A stretch of 63,970 nt of DNA, filler included, from Octopus bimaculoides (lineage: Eukaryota): the NCBI RefSeq assembly GCF_001194135.2. It is 6 parts of 6 records of this genome, joined end to end, with 100 filler letters (N's around TTAATTAATTAA, not from the genome) between each part and the next. Parts side by side here need not be neighbours in the genome. Positions count along the whole stretch, not along the records: positions 28,158 to 42,270 come from NC_069004.1; 5 more parts are not named here. One strand, written 5' to 3'. Position 1 is the stretch's first letter. Each line of letters opens with the position of its first letter. Below, piece after piece: positions 28,058-42,061 of the stretch. The notes under the pieces are model-generated. The model did not search any database. It was given only the letters and a program-made list of their open reading frames with translations, and was not told where the DNA came from. The translations under genes were made by a program, and so were the position numbers.

Positions 28058-28157
28058 NNNNNNNNNNNNNNNNNNNNNNNNNNNNNNNNNNNNNNNNNNN
28101 NTTAATTAATTAANNNNNNNNNNNNNNNNNNNNNNNNNNNNNNNNNNNNNNNNNNNN
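28058..28157. other. Assembly placeholder gap (44 N + TTAATTAATTAA + 44 N); also at 42271, 47556, 56183 and 59377
   Basis: Identical 100-bp layout five times; the spacer places stops in all six frames. Confidence 0.95.
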
Positions 28158-28547
28158 ATATTATGATTATGAAATTAGCATTAGCTTATCTCACTCTTTC
28201 TCGCGGAACCCCTAGGAACTTTTTGCAGAACCCCGGTTGAGAAACATTGTTTTAGAGATTAGTGAATGAAATGAAGCCTAGTGCTTCAGTGATACTATAT
28301 TTCATCAATCCTGAAGGGATGAGATAGGTGAAGTTGACTTTCAGTGAAGATTGAACCTGGAATGTAAAAAGCAGGAACAAATATTACAATGACAACAAGG
28401 AGGTGGGAAAAGAGGAGGATAGGGAGAGGAAGGGAAAGAGATGAGGGAGGGGTGGGAAGGAAGAGGAAAAGTGGCAGTGGGGAAGGGGAAGGAGGGTGAG
28501 AGGGATGAGGAGGAGGAAGAAGAGGCTACAAATCTGATATACATTAC

Positions 28548-28664
28548 TTGTATCATTGAAGTGACTTTCTTGGCATAAAATGGACTCAGGGCTCTCACTT
28601 GGACCCAACCCACATCCTTTAGGTCCATTATTGTTATGATACCATTCACTTGGGTTTCTTCATC
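28548..28664 (-). CDS. TTPAL: TTPAL-like coding exon 4 (DEETQVNGIITIMDLKDVGWVQVRALSPFYAKKVTSMIQ)
   Basis: tttcag|...CAA|gtaatg, 117 nt, phase 0-0; EETQVNG is a CRAL-TRIO signature. Confidence 0.92.
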
Positions 28665-29007
28665 CTGAAACAGACAGAGTGTGTAAGTCATGATGAGTGC
28701 GGTGATGTTGGAGGATATGTAGTAGTAGTAGTAGTAGTAGTAGTAATAGTAATGAAGACAATGTACTGCCTGGTCCAGGAACCAAACTCACGATCTGTTG
28801 ATCGTGAGTCCAACACGTTAATGACTAGGCCACATTTCCCTTATAATCCTTTAATTGATTCAAGAGACCTACTGTCAGCAGCCATACCTGGCATGGTTCC
28901 AGAAGAAGATGTTGCGGACATAACTGACATTTTTCATATACAGGTTATAAGCATAGCATAGATAATCAAAATTTCAAGGTAATATATGGTATCACATAAA
29001 CACTTAC

Positions 29008-29084
29008 TTCAATCAATTTTGAAAGGATGACAAACCAAGTTTTGTACATATCAAAAAGTGGAACTATCTCTGGGTTCCATCTGC
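29008..29084 (-). CDS. TTPAL: TTPAL-like coding exon 3 (RWNPEIVPLFDMYKTWFVILSKLIE); absent from the ORF track
   Basis: cttgcag|...GAA|gtaagt, 77 nt, phase 1-0, bridges exons 2 and 4 in frame. Confidence 0.88.
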
Positions 29085-29275
29085 CTGCAAGAGATGAAAA
29101 ATATCTCTCACTTGTCTATATACACACATTAAGTAACTTTGAAACTATCAGTAACAAGGGTTGACAGGTTTCTGTGTTAGTATGAATTAACTATATATAT
29201 ATTTATAATATTGAGTGCTAGAATCACTTCACCAGGCGAGGGAAGATAATAAGAATCCACTTTGATACAACTTAC

Positions 29276-29509
29276 CTGGTTTGAGAACAATCACTTTACG
29301 TCCTTCACGATCTCTGTGCTCCAGAGGTACAATCAGGCCTGACCTCAGGACATGCTGTATTGTCGATGGTTTCAGGTCAACAAACAAGTCTTTATTCTCA
29401 GCCTTCATTTGGTAGAAATTCAAAAGTAGGCTAAATGCTCGATCATAGTCAAATTTTCTGGCACGGAGAAATCTGAGCAGAAATGCGTCATCTGTTCGGG
29501 CAAGGAGAT
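29276..29509 (-). CDS. TTPAL: TTPAL-like coding exon 2 (DDAFLLRFLRARKFDYDRA...DREGRKVIVLKP)
   Basis: tgacag|...CCAG|gtaagt, 234 nt, phase 1-1; CRAL-TRIO N motif. Confidence 0.95.
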
Positions 29510-29989
29510 CTGTCAATGATATTAATAATAATAACAACGGGGATCAGACATTGTTGTGGTCGATAAAAGGAAAAAGGGAAAGTAAGATTATAGATATAAA
29601 AAAACTGTTATCAGTATTTAAGGAAGTTGACAAATACAAACAAGAAACAGACCGGTGTTCCATTCAAGTGGAACGTTAGCCTGCCCACTTGGCCAGCAAA
29701 GTGGCATCATTTGAAAGCTACAACAATGTGAGGAAGATCATTGTGACCAGTGGTGTATAACATTTAATAGTCTGGTCAGTAAACATAGAGTGACACACTG
29801 TTGATTCTGACAATGTTTCTACGGTCAAACATCATGTGTAAAGTGTCACACATCTGTGAAAAATTTGTGACAAAAGTCATGATGATATAATTTACATTAA
29901 GTAACTTATAACCACTTTTGTGTACATTAAGTAAAATTGTGTAACTAAATCTAAACAAGTTCTCATGCTTTTATTGTGCAGGAAGTGTG

Positions 29990-30130
29990 TTAAGAAGTTT
30001 GCTCCTTAAATGCATAGTTTCAGATTCAGTCTCATTGCATGGCACCAGGTGCGAGTGTCTTCTGCTATAACCTCGAGCCAGCCAAAGCCTTGTGAGTTGA
30101 TTTTGTAGATGGAGATTGAAAGCAGCCTCT
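29990..30130 (-). mobile_element. SINE family B, degenerate
   Basis: Related to the 23280-23420 copy. Confidence 0.65.
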
Positions 30131-30137
30131 TGAATAC

Positions 30138-30199
<62 letters not shown>

Positions 30200-30353
30200 G
30201 TGTGTGTGTGTGTGTGTGTATTTGTCCCCCCCACCACCAACACTTGACAATCAGTGTTGGTTTGTCTATGTCCCCATAACTTAGCAGTTTAGCAAATGAG
30301 ACCAATAGAATAAAAGAGAGACAGACAGACAGATGGAATCAGAAATATCAAAC

Positions 30354-30495
30354 CTTGCTGCTTGTTTACCATATCTCTGAGAGCTTGTATATCTCTTTCC
30401 CGCCATTGAGGTTTCTCGTTTAACTCCTTCTCAGCCTTCTTTATAAGTTCAGGGGTCAATGTGCACAAATATTCTTTTTCTGGAGAGGATTCCAT
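30354..30495 (-). CDS. TTPAL: TTPAL-like coding exon 1 (MESSPEKEYLCTLTPELIKKAEKELNEKPQWRERDIQALRDMVNKQQ)
   Basis: Resembles recalled vertebrate TTPAL (YVCSL...KAREELQEKPEWRLRDVQALRDMV); G|gtttga donor, phase 1. Confidence 0.9.
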
Positions 30496-30874
30496 AACCA
30501 AACTGCATTCACCTCCAAATATAACAATGTTTACTTTTGTTTTTTTTTTCTTTTTTATCTTTTAAGGTTTTCCTCTTTGTTGTTTTTTTGTTTTTCTTTC
30601 CTTTTATTCTTTCTTCATGTGTATTAAACTCGTTTCTTTCATTTATATGAACTGGGAGTAGGAAGAAATAAATAAAAATGTAAATGAAAAATATAGATAA
30701 CAAATAAGTAAATATATAAGTAGTTATAAACAACTCTTTAAAAACCCTTTTGATACCGACTGACATTAGATGGCCCCTAGTTCTATAATACAAACTTTTT
30801 ATTTTCAAGTTATTTAAATTAAAACCTTCCATCAAAATATCGTAATTTTTGCTCCAAGCACCTGCTTAATAATA

Positions 30875-30914
<40 letters not shown>

Positions 30915-31998
30915 GTATATATACACACACAGACATGCAGGAGGTAAATAGATACCTTTAATTTTTAAAATTTCCGATCTAAGCNNNNNNNNNNNNNNNN
31001 NNNNNNNNNNNNNNNNNNNNNNNNNNNNNNNNNNNNNNNNNNNNNNNNNNNNNNNNNNNNNNNNNNNNNNNNNNNNNNNNNNNNNNNNNNNNNNNNNNNN
31101 NNNNNNNNNNNNNNNNNNNNNNNNNNNNNNNNNNNNNNNNNNNNNNNNNNNNNNNNNNNNNNNNNNNNNNNNNNNNNNNNNNNNNNNNNNNNNNNNNNNN
31201 NNNNNNNNNNNNNNNNNNNNNNNNNNNNNNNNNNNNNNNNNNNNNNNNNNNNNNNNNNNNNNNNNNNNNNNNNNNNNNNNNNNNNNNNNNNNNNNNNNNN
31301 NNNNNNNNNNNNNNNNNNNNNNNNNNNNNNNNNNNNNNNNNNNNNNNNNNNNNNNNNNNNNNNNNNNNNNNNNNNNNNNNNNNNNNNNNNNNNNNNNNNN
31401 NNNNNNNNNNNNNNNNNNNNNNNNNNNNNNNNNNNNNNNNNNNNNNNNNNNNNNNNNNNNNNNNNNNNNNNNNNNNNNNNNNNNNNNNNNNNNNNNNNNN
31501 NNNNNNNNNNNNNNNNNNNNNNNNNNNNNNNNNNNNNNNNNNNNNNNNNNNNNNNNNNNNNNNNNNNNNNNNNNNNNNNNNNNNNNNNNNNNNNNNNNNN
31601 NNNNNNNNNNNNNNNNNNNNNNNNNNNNNNNNNNNNNGGGGGGGGGGGGAGATGGACAGAAAAAATTAGAAGGAAAAGAAGAAAAAATGGAGAGAAGAGG
31701 AGATGAAGAACATGATGCTGATGATGATGATGCTGATGATGATGATGGTGGTGGTGGTGGAAATGAAGAAACGGAGGATGAGAAGAAGGACAATGATGAT
31801 AACAACAACATCATCATCATCATGGACACTAGTAACAAGAGTAAACAACAACAAAGACATTATCTTCTACAAGAGCCACATCAACAGAACTGAAGATACT
31901 TCAGCTGGCTAAGAATAGCTTCATTTTACATCACATGTCCTCATTTGAGGCTGGCATTTACGAGAGAGACACAGACAGACATGTGTCTCTCTTGGTAG

Positions 31999-32034
<36 letters not shown>

Positions 32035-32171
32035 GTGAGCGAATGTGTGTATGTGTGTGTGCATATGTGTGTGCATGCATGCGTGCATACAGTGCATGCA
32101 TGTGTGTGTGAATGTGGTCTGAATGCATAACAGAATATACATGTTTATATATACATCATCATTATCATCAC

Positions 32172-32401
32172 CAGGGGAAAGCACCACTGATGCCATATTT
32201 CTTGTAAGACAGCTGCAGGAGAAATACCTAGCCAAAGATAAACCTCTGTACCTGGCTTTCGTTGACATGGAGAAAGCCTTTGACAGGGTCCCCCGCTCCC
32301 TTATCTGGTGGTCAATGAGGAAACTAGGGATAGATGAATGGTTAGTGAGAGCTGTGCGAGCCATGTACAGGGACGCTGTCAGTAAGGTGAGGGTTGGCAA
32401 T
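32172..32401 (+). mobile_element. RTE-clade reverse transcriptase fragment
   Basis: STTDAIFLVRQLQEKYLAKDKPLYLAFVDMEKAFDRVPR. Confidence 0.9.
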
Positions 32402-32761
32402 TATATATATACGCACACACAAAAAGCTTCTTTCAGTTTCCTTCTACAAGCTTTTAATCTGCCCAAGGCTATAGTAGAAGACATTTGCCCAAAGTTTCAT
32501 GGAGTGGTACTAAACCGAAAACCATGTAGTTGGGAAAAGGAATACACGAGTGTGCATACATGTGTATGTATACATGTGCATGTATATGTATGTGTGTGAG
32601 TGTATACAAATATATTTGTGAAGTTATTGTTAGTTTTTATTATTCAAGGCATGTGAAATATACCAGGAACTTATTTTCTAAAAACCAGAATAAATTCAGG
32701 TAACACTCAGAAAAACCTGCTTTAAAAACATGTTCAAAGGTAAACAGTAGCAAATTATTAT

Positions 32762-33109
32762 TATTCCCTCCACCTTATTGCTTTCTGTTGTGTTTGTTTG
32801 TCCATGTACAAGATATCTCAAGAACTGTTTGATGGATTTGAATGAAACTTTCAGGGATGTTTGCTCTCATCACTGGTATAAACTGATTAGGTTTCGGGAT
32901 TGATCCAGTACCAGACAAGGATTCTGGATTATTTTTCCGTTTTTTTTTACTTAATTTTTGAGAGTGGTCGGGTTCATTTTTAGTCTTCTCGTTTGTGAGA
33001 GCAGTCGAGTTTTTTCAGATATTCTCATTTTAAGAATCATCTCTGGACAATCGTTGAGAGGACGTTGGTGTTGCCTTGGCAGAGGTTTGTGCTCTCTGAG
33101 CGCTCTTAT
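32762..33109 (-). mobile_element. Helentron-type non-autonomous element (HINE-like)
   Basis: rc begins aataagagcgctcagagagcacaaacctctgccaaggcaacacc; same family as 44542, related to 54432. Confidence 0.55.
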
Positions 33110-33962
33110 TATTATTATCATTATTAAAGCAGTGAGCTGGCAGCATTGTCAGCAAGCTTGGCAAAATGTTTAGAGGCATTTCGTTTGTCTTTACATTCTG
33201 AGTTCAACTTGGTTTCCATATTTTCAGAGTTGATGAAATGAATACCCATTGAATACTGGAATAGATATAATCGACTGTCCCCCCTCCCACAACATTTCAG
33301 GCCTCATGCTTATTGTAGGAAGGGTAGATGCATGTGTATCTATGTGTTTATATGTATGTATGCACATATATATATATATACATGTGTGGGTGCGTTTGTA
33401 TTTATATACATATATGTATATGTTAATATACATATGAGCATATACTTGTCTATCAAGGTGTGTGTGTGTGTTAAAAGGAGAAACAATTGAGAAGTTTTCA
33501 TTGTTTTAAGAGTTAAAGAACAATTAACTGAATTAAGATTTTTGTATACTAACCTGGAAGCAGTTTCACCAAGGAGAAAAACAAACAACTTTCGGTCTAA
33601 CACAATAACAACAGCAACACCAATCTCTTGAGTTTGTCAAATGTCTGAACTTTGCAAATGATTTTAAAGCAGGAAGTAAACTCTGAAACACATCCTATCT
33701 TGTGCTTTCCACAACTTATATAAACAATACGTGTAATGTCACTCATCATTCTACACATTTTCTCATTCACGTGTTTTCACACACACAAATCTGTAATTTC
33801 TCTCTCTCTCTCTCTCTCTCTCCCCACCTTCTCTTTTTCTCAATCTGTTCAGCACAGATTGATTGCACACACAAATGGATGTATTCATGACACCCCCCTC
33901 TCTCTCTTTCTCTCTTACTGAATATCACATTCTCAATCATTCACTCACACCTATACACATAG

Positions 33963-33999
<37 letters not shown>

Positions 34000-34923
34000 N
34001 NNNNNNNNNNNNNNNNNNNNNNNNNNNNNNNNNNNNNNNNNNNNNNNNNNNNNNNNNNNNNNNNNNNNNNNNNNNNNNNNNNNNNNNNNNNNNNNNNNNN
34101 NNNNNNNNNNNNNNNNNNNNNNNNNNNNNNNNNNNNNNNNNNNNNNNNNNNNNNNNNNNNNNNNNNNNNNNNNNNNNNNNNNNNNNNNNNNNNNNNNNNN
34201 NNNNNNNNNNNNNNNNNNNNNNNNNNNNNNNNNNNNNNNNNNNNNNNNNNNNNNNNNNNNNNNNNNNNNNNNNNNNNNNNNNNNNNNNNNNNNNNNNNNN
34301 NNNNNNNNNNNNNNNNNNNNNNNNNNNNNNNNNNNNNNNNNNNNNNNNNNNNNNNNNNNNNNNNNNNNNNNNNNNNNNNNNNNNNNNNNNNNNNNNNNNN
34401 NNNNNNNNNNNNNNNNNNNNNNNNNNNNNNNNNNNNNNNNNNNNNNNNNNNNNNNNNNNNNNNNNNNNNNNNNNNNNNNNNNNNNNNNNNNNNNNNNNNN
34501 NNNNNNNNNNNNNNNNNNNNNNNNNNNNNNNNNNNNNNNNNNNNNNNNNNNNNNNNNNNNNNNNNNNNNNNNNNNNNNNNNNNNNNNNNNNNNNNNNNNN
34601 NNNNNNNNNNNNNNNNNNNNNNNNNNNNNNNNNNNNNNNNNNNNNNNNNNNNNNNNNNNNNNNNNNNNNNNNNNNNNNNNNNNNNNNNNNNNNNNNNNNN
34701 NNNNNNNNNNNNNNNNNNNNNNNNNNNNNNNNNNNNNNNNNNNNNNNNNNNNNNNNNNNNNNNNNNNNNNNNNNNNNNNNNNNNNNNNNNNNNNNNNNNN
34801 NNNNNNNNNNNNNNNNNNNNNNNNNNNNNNNNNNNNNNNNNNNNNNNNNNNNNNNNNNNNNNNNNNNNNNNNNNNNNNNNNNNNNNNNNNNNNNNNNNNN
34901 NNNNNNNNNNNNNNNNNNNNNNN

Positions 34924-34968
<45 letters not shown>

Positions 34969-35583
34969 AGGGCAAGCATATTAAAAGTCATTTAAGTAAA
35001 AGGGTTGGGACCCACTGAACTAAATATTTCAAGCAATGCCCCAGTATGGCCACAGTTGAATGACTGAAACAAGTAAAAGATAAATAAATGAATACTTAAA
35101 TAAATTATACAACATGCAAGCACACACGGAGGGAGGAGTCCACTATGTAGTCACTCAACCTCCTAAAAATAATAGCAAAATCCCCCATAAGCTTTACCCT
35201 GTCTTCTCTAAAAAATGCAAAATATTTTAAATGTGATCCTAGATATATAAAAAGCAAACAAATGAAAAGATTGGATGGTCAGAATTGGAATGCCTTTTAA
35301 TAAGAGATATGGGTTTAAACAACAAATATAAATTATGGGATAAAAACTGGAGAAGGCAATACAATATGGATGAGGTGAAATGAAGCAAAGAAAATAAAGG
35401 AAATCAGAAGAAAAGAATGTTGACAAATATTTGTGAGTTTTTCTTCAATTTAACACCAAGATTTTCTGGGTCAATGCACAAGAAAAGACAGATTGGAATG
35501 TTTTCATGTCATTATCAATCAGGTGAGTGGATATGTGAGATAAGGCCATCTTTGAGAAGATAGTTATATAATCATAATAATAA

Positions 35584-35745
35584 TAATCCTTTCTACTATA
35601 GGCACAAGGCCTGAAACTTTGTGGGAGGAGGGGCAGTCGATTAGATCGACCCCAGTATGCAACTGGTACTTAATTTATCGATCCTGAAAGGATGAAAGGT
35701 AAAGTCACTAAGCATTTTGCTAATAATTCTGCCAGTTCACAGAAT
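35584..35745 (-). mobile_element. SINE family A, internally deleted
   Basis: Core motif. Confidence 0.8.
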
Positions 35746-36224
35746 TAAAAATAATTCTTTCTAATTTTGGAACAAGGCCAGCAATTCTGAATGGAAGAGG
35801 AAAGTCAATCACATTAACCCCCAGGCAAAGTTGATCATGGTAGCATTTGAACTCTGAACATAAAGATCCACTTAGTATTTTGTCTAAGGCACTAACAATT
35901 CGAACAACCTCACCCAGCTCCACATTACCAATAACAACAACAATATTATTGAAGCTGGCAGACTCATTGACCTGCTGAACAAAATGCTGAGTGGCATTTT
36001 ATTTGTCATTATGTTCTGAGTTCAAATTCTGCCAAGGTCAACTTCACCAACAACTTCATCCAATCCTTTCTTGCTGGAATGACATCCAACTGAAATTCCT
36101 GCTTGCCTAGATTTTTAATGAAGCTATCAAATGAAAATTATCACATTCATACCACTGGTATCCAAGGGTTTACATATGCAATTATTATTTTTTTTTAAAT
36201 ACAAGATTCAGCTCAAAGTTGTCT

Positions 36225-36256
<32 letters not shown>

Positions 36257-36469
36257 TGGAGATGCAGAAAAGGGTGGGGTCATTGTTGTTGTTGTTGGTG
36301 GTGGTGGTGGTAGTCATACTAGTTGTTATTGTGGTTTCAATTTGGGCACACAGCTACAAAAATTTTGGAAGAGGGTATACAAATTGATTGAGTCGAACCA
36401 TGTATTTGAATCCTGTTACTCTACTGATTTCTAACCGGCCACTGCCATCAATAACTATACTAATTAATA

Positions 36470-36640
36470 TTGATTTCAAATTTTGGCACAAGGTCAGCAA
36501 TTTGGGAGAAAGAATAAGTCAATTACATTGACCCCCAGAGTTCAACTGGTCCTTATTTTATTGACCTCAAAAGGATGAAAGGCAAAGTAGGCTTTGGCAG
36601 TATTTGAACTCAGAAAGTAAAGACAATTCTGCCATCTTGC
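36470..36640 (-). mobile_element. SINE family A, older copy
   Basis: aaaggatgaaaggcaaagtaggc...tttgaactcagaa. Confidence 0.7.
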
Positions 36641-37239
36641 TTGATAATGATATTTAATATGATAATATGATAATTAATATTAATAATAATTACTAATTAT
36701 CTGGAGAAATGATGTTTGCTATGACTAAATTCTCTCGTCAACAATGTCTGTAATATTCCAGCTGACAAAAATTAAAAACAAAAGCCCATAATCCTGCTCT
36801 CATCCAATTAAGTTAAACTCTGCAGCTGAAGGGGATGAGACAAAGTGTGCAGATTAACAGACCTCGCTATAATTATTTTGTAGTTGTTGTTTAGCCATAG
36901 GTCAGTCTTGATTGAGTAAAGCTATGATCTATGACCAAAACACACTCCAGCCATGACTATTCTAAATTCATTTTTTTCTTAGGTGTACTCGATCTAAGAC
37001 TTGATTATCTGACATCTTTCCATCTCTTTTAAGACAGTAAGGAGCTCTATAAGTGAGATTTGGCTGTTATTTATAGCAATTTGAACAACCACGTTAAAAC
37101 TTCCTAGTTGGTTCACAACAGGTTTTTCTTGCCTGGAGTGGAACAAATTTAATGCAAAGAGTGATGCGAGACTGTTTTCTATATTCATAAAAACAGTTGG
37201 GAATCGAGGCAAGCGTCTTTTGCTTAGATATGTATTTAT

Positions 37240-37273
<34 letters not shown>

Positions 37274-38249
37274 TGACAACAAAATAATGAATGAGGCCTC
37301 AATATTATGTAAATAGAAGAGTTTATCTATAATATAATATGTGACAATTAGTCGGTTGCCACAATAAAACTCAGAGTATCATGCTAGCTGGTCTAACCTA
37401 TGCTAGCATGGAAAGCGGACGTTAAACGATGATGATGATGATATATATATATATATATANNNNNNNNNNNNNATATATATAAAGAGAGAGAGAGAGAGAG
37501 AGAGGCGGTTTTACAAATGGGAGATAGAACTCAATACACAGAGTAGAGTTTATATATATATTCCTTAGTATGGGTTTATATTACACATAGAGAGACAGAC
37601 AGACACAGAGAGGCTATATAATCATGTCAGTGCTATTTTTCTGAGGCTCAGAAACAGGTTATGGGCGTTGCCCTCCCTTTTGTGATTGAGTTTTAATATC
37701 GGCATGACCGAAAATTAAAAGAAGGATTCCGTATGGGATAATGAAAGAAAAAGGAGAAGAGCGGAATTCCTACAAACACTTTAGAACCATTCTTTCGTTT
37801 GAAAGGCATCGAGTTAAAAACATTCCACCCGGTCTCTGCTTTCTTTCCAGATATTTAAAAGACAATAATTCTAACTGGGCATTAACGACAACACCAACAA
37901 CACCTTTTTAGCCTCACCCGTATCTAAACCCTTAAAATACAGCAAGCTATGGCAGGTCATTAGTCGCCGTACTGGTTATTATTATTATTATTTTGGTTAT
38001 ATAAACAAAAATCTAATGCTCTTCTGCGAAACGGTTATACCGACAGCTTCAAACCGGATCGGGAACTCGATTCACAAAAATCTTGTCCCTAAATCTTGTC
38101 GTTGTGTTGCGATGCCGACTATTTTTGGTCCAAAATATAACAGTGCCGAGTCAGAGGAGTTAAAGACAAATTATTCGACGCCAGTGAATGACTGGTACTT
38201 ATTTTATCGACTTTGCATGGGTGAAAGGTAAGATCAATTCTTGTGCAAC

Positions 38250-38283
<34 letters not shown>

Positions 38284-40204
38284 CTATATTTGCCACAAGG
38301 TCAACCAAGAAACAACGTTACGATACAACACAACGTAATTCTTTTACTCACGATTTTGTTCGGTTTTTTTTTTTCAAGGAGTTTTCTTTTGTTTGTTTCG
38401 AAGCGACCTATTCCTCCCTTTTGCTGTTCTTTGTGCAGTTGTTCGCTTCTTGTTTATATATGTATATAGCTAGTCCAAGTGTCGGTCTATCAATCCATCA
38501 TTGCGATCCTGCTAACTGCTTCGTTTAGCAGTCGACGTCAACCGACATCTTTTGTTGGTGCAACGATACAAAAGAGCGGGAAAACAAAGGGCAATAACTC
38601 ACAACCATTTTATGTGCTCGTTTCGAAACTTTCTGATTGTTGTTTCCTTGATTGGATTCTCGGTCCGAGAATCAGCAACATTCCAATCCTGACCCTCCTC
38701 AAAACCATCTTAGCAGCATTATAGTTCCCCGGGTAAATCAATGCACTTGACACGACAGTATTTGTTTATTAAAAACCGACTTCAGACAGACTTCAGAACT
38801 GGGCCCTGGACTAAGGTCGCCAAATCTGAACCATCAGAATCCAGTCCCACTTCAACTGACATTCACCTCGATCCTCGGTGAACCCGCCCCACACATTTTG
38901 ATCTTATATATAGACCCGGGAGGCCCCTGGGCAGCTACCCACTGCATGACACTTGAGTTTTTGTATTTTTATGCACTTTATTTTTTTTTCTGTAACTAGG
39001 ACTGCAATGTCTTCTGTGTCCTTCCTTTTTTTTAATAGGCAAGGTGTTATTTAGGTGAGATATCACAGCTATTTCCAGCTTAGAGTTATCCACGTTGGCC
39101 CGGATTCATTAAAATTTGCATTGCATATAGTAGGAGCAATGAAGATAGATTTACGTAGAACTCGTAAACGATGAAGACCATACGAATTAACTACCGTACA
39201 TACTGAAGGTATATAAGTTTTTGAAGTAAATGGACATTGGCAGTAAACTTGATTGAAGTCCAACACTCGCTATAACAGGAAATATTGGTATTTCTAAAAA
39301 AAAAATTAAGGTTACACAAAATTAACTGCATTATCGTGGATAATGAAATTTCATTGATTAGCAATAGTAATGATTTGGTGTGAATAATAAAGATTTGAAT
39401 TAAATGCTTTTCGTTCGAAGCCTGAAAAAGAAAACAAATTTTTTAAAAATTGAATTTGTCGAATGACTTCGTCTTTTGAGTTTTATTGACTGAAAGATTA
39501 ATTCTTGTCCTTAGTGAGGTCGAATTCAAAGACAACTCTTTCTTTACGAATACAGATTTGTAACATTGGTACAAAGACTGAATCATATTTATTTACTTTA
39601 CACTTGTGCGTGGAGGGAGGTATAAAGTTAATTACATTGTTGAATCCAAATACTTAACTGGTGCTTTATTTACTCGGCCTTGAAAGTATAAAAGCCAAAG
39701 TTGATCTTGGCAAAATTTGAGCTCAGTACGTAATGGGACATACCTAAATACTGCTTTTGCTATTAACAAGTGAACTAATTTACAAATTGTTTGCTCAGTC
39801 GTTTGGTCAATCAATTGCTTCTTCAGAGCCTTTTCGTCGTAGTCTGTGACCTTATCGATAATGTGTCCTCACCTAATCAACTTCTATCGCAAGTTTGTGC
39901 ACGATACCTTTAAGGCCGCAAGCAGCCACGAAACGTCTGTAGGAATTGTATTTCAAACAATTGTTGAAATACATTGTGTATTGCAGAAGTATAACCAATT
40001 TCTTACAGAAATTTTAACAATAAAATCTTATATGGACCGCCACCCCACTCCCAATGGTTACGTGAACTCTGGTTAAGAACCGGTGGTGTAGAATCTCCTT
40101 CCTTACAGAGAGGCTCGCCCGTACGTTGCCAACATACTGCAGAAGTGCGTAAAGTTAAATAAAAAGTGTACCAATGTCGTTTAGAATGACTGGATATATT
40201 CTTT

Positions 40205-40420
40205 CCTCCTCTAAGAACAAGGCCCGAATTTTTTTGTGAGGTGGGGAGACCAGTCGATTAGATGTATCCCAGTACACAACTGGTACTTAATTTATCGACC
40301 TCGAAAGGATGAAAGGCAAAGTCGACCTCGGCGGAATTTGAACTCAGAACGTAAAGACAGACGAAATATCGCTAAGCATTTCGCCCGGCCTGCTAATGTG
40401 TCTGCCAGCTCACCGCCTTC
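40205..40420 (-). mobile_element. SINE family A, near full length
   Basis: Core motif. Confidence 0.9.
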
Positions 40421-40654
40421 GTAGGATGATATAGCGTACTTCATTAGCATACAGATTTACAAATCATAGAAATGTGATATGAAAGCTATGACTGTTGTAG
40501 CCTACAATTCTTCAGTTCTGATCTAGGATACACACTAATACCATGCATGTAGGAGTTTTTTAAAAAGCAATCCATCAGTTGGTTGATGTTATTTTTACTT
40601 TGTTTTCTCCAAATATGGCATCGTGATTACCTTGTATTAATCATTAGTTAAGCG

Positions 40655-40790
40655 CAATTCTGCCCAGGTCGACTTTGCCTTTCATCCTTTCAGGGTCGAT
40701 AAATTAAGTCCCAGATGCGTACTGGAGTCGATCTAATCGACTGGCCCTCTCTCCCATAATTTCGGGCCTTGTGCCTAGATTAGAAAGGAT
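40655..40790 (+). mobile_element. SINE family A, 5'-truncated
   Basis: ggtcgactttgcctttcatcctttcagggtcgataaattaagt. Confidence 0.85.
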
Positions 40791-41569
40791 TAATTCCACT
40801 ACATCTTTGAATTGCCTCCCTTTAACAGTATACATAAGTTATTTCCCGTTTTAGCTAAACTGAGCTTTATTAAGCAACTCGGATCTCTTTTGAGCTGTCA
40901 TCTTATGACAGCACAAGAAAGAAGATAGAAACATACGTTGGCTTGGTCTCATCTGCTATGACGAAGCTGAACACCATAAAGAAAAACAATTCCATCTGTT
41001 TTCTTACGAAACCCAAACTGATACAAGTCCCTGGAAACTTCGATCTCTTTGATTAGATAGACAATATACATTTCTGATGTCCTCAAATAGTTGTTGTTGC
41101 TGTTTAATCCCAGATCAACCCTGATCAAGCAGACCTATGATTAATACATGAGTGCTTACGTGTCCTTCTTTTTAGGACAATATCGTGTGATTTTGTTGCT
41201 ACATCTAGCAGGTTGAGTGACCACTGAGAAGCCTCACTTGTCAGCTCATCTTCTAATAGTCCATAACTAACACGCATCCACGCTAAACTCTTCAATCTCC
41301 CTCCTCTCTCTTTCTACTCCTCCTACTCCAGTGATTGTCAAACTGACACAAAAACCATTTCCTCCTTCCTTCTCCCATCAAAAATAATGTCTCCGTCTTT
41401 AATCTTAACATCTTTCACTCACTGGACTGTGGCCTAGCTGGGGCACCAACTTGAAAAGTTTAGTCACTTACTTCGACCCCCCAGTACTTTATTTTTAAAT
41501 CTGGTACTTATGAGTATGAGAAGATGGTACAGAAGGTGGGAGGCGATGTGAGGTTGTTGCCCCCCCCCC

Positions 41570-41895
41570 CCAGGGAATTATGGAGCAGATGGAGTGAAAA
41601 AAAAAACACCTATAAGGTGTTCTTGTTCAAAGGAAAAAAGACTGAGCAGGTGGAAGCTGAAGTGGAAAAGTCGCTAAGGGAGTGGTCAAAGGAAGTGATC
41701 TATATAAGCAAAGGAAGGAAATATGGGACAATGGCCGTCCAATTTAGGACGGTAGAGGAGGCTGGCGAGTGTGGCGGTGAAAACAGAGGAAGTTGTGCTT
41801 CTGCCCACATACCTTGGAAGAAAGACTTCCAAGGTAAGGGTAGAAGCAATCCCACCTGATATAGAAGTGGTTTGGGTGGTGGCGGCTGTCCTTGT
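41570..41895 (+). mobile_element. Possible L1/Tx1-type ORF1 fragment, frameshifted
   Basis: YKVFLFKG...GRKYGTMAVQF / VLLPTYLGRKTSKVRVEAIPP; family assignment from recall only. Confidence 0.4.
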
Positions 41896-41950
41896 TGTAT
41901 GTATGTCTGTATGCATGTATAAATGTATGTATGTATATATGTATGAATGC

Positions 41951-42000
<50 letters not shown>

Positions 42001-42061
42001 ATGTATGTACGTATGAATGTATGTATATGTATATATATATATATGTAATGTATGTCTAAAT

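Noticed and set aside
28102-28113. TTAATTAATTAA palindrome recurring five times as a possible motif
   Set aside because: Always centred in 44N+12+44N; an assembly spacer, not biological
39846-40076. LINFYRKFV as a Gypsy RT-RNase H connection motif
   Set aside because: Single short match; flanking residues do not follow the family pattern
40937-40995. Signal-peptide-like exon MELFFFMVFSFVIADETKP on the minus strand with a gtatgt donor
   Set aside because: No homology, and no downstream exon could be linked convincingly; may be chance
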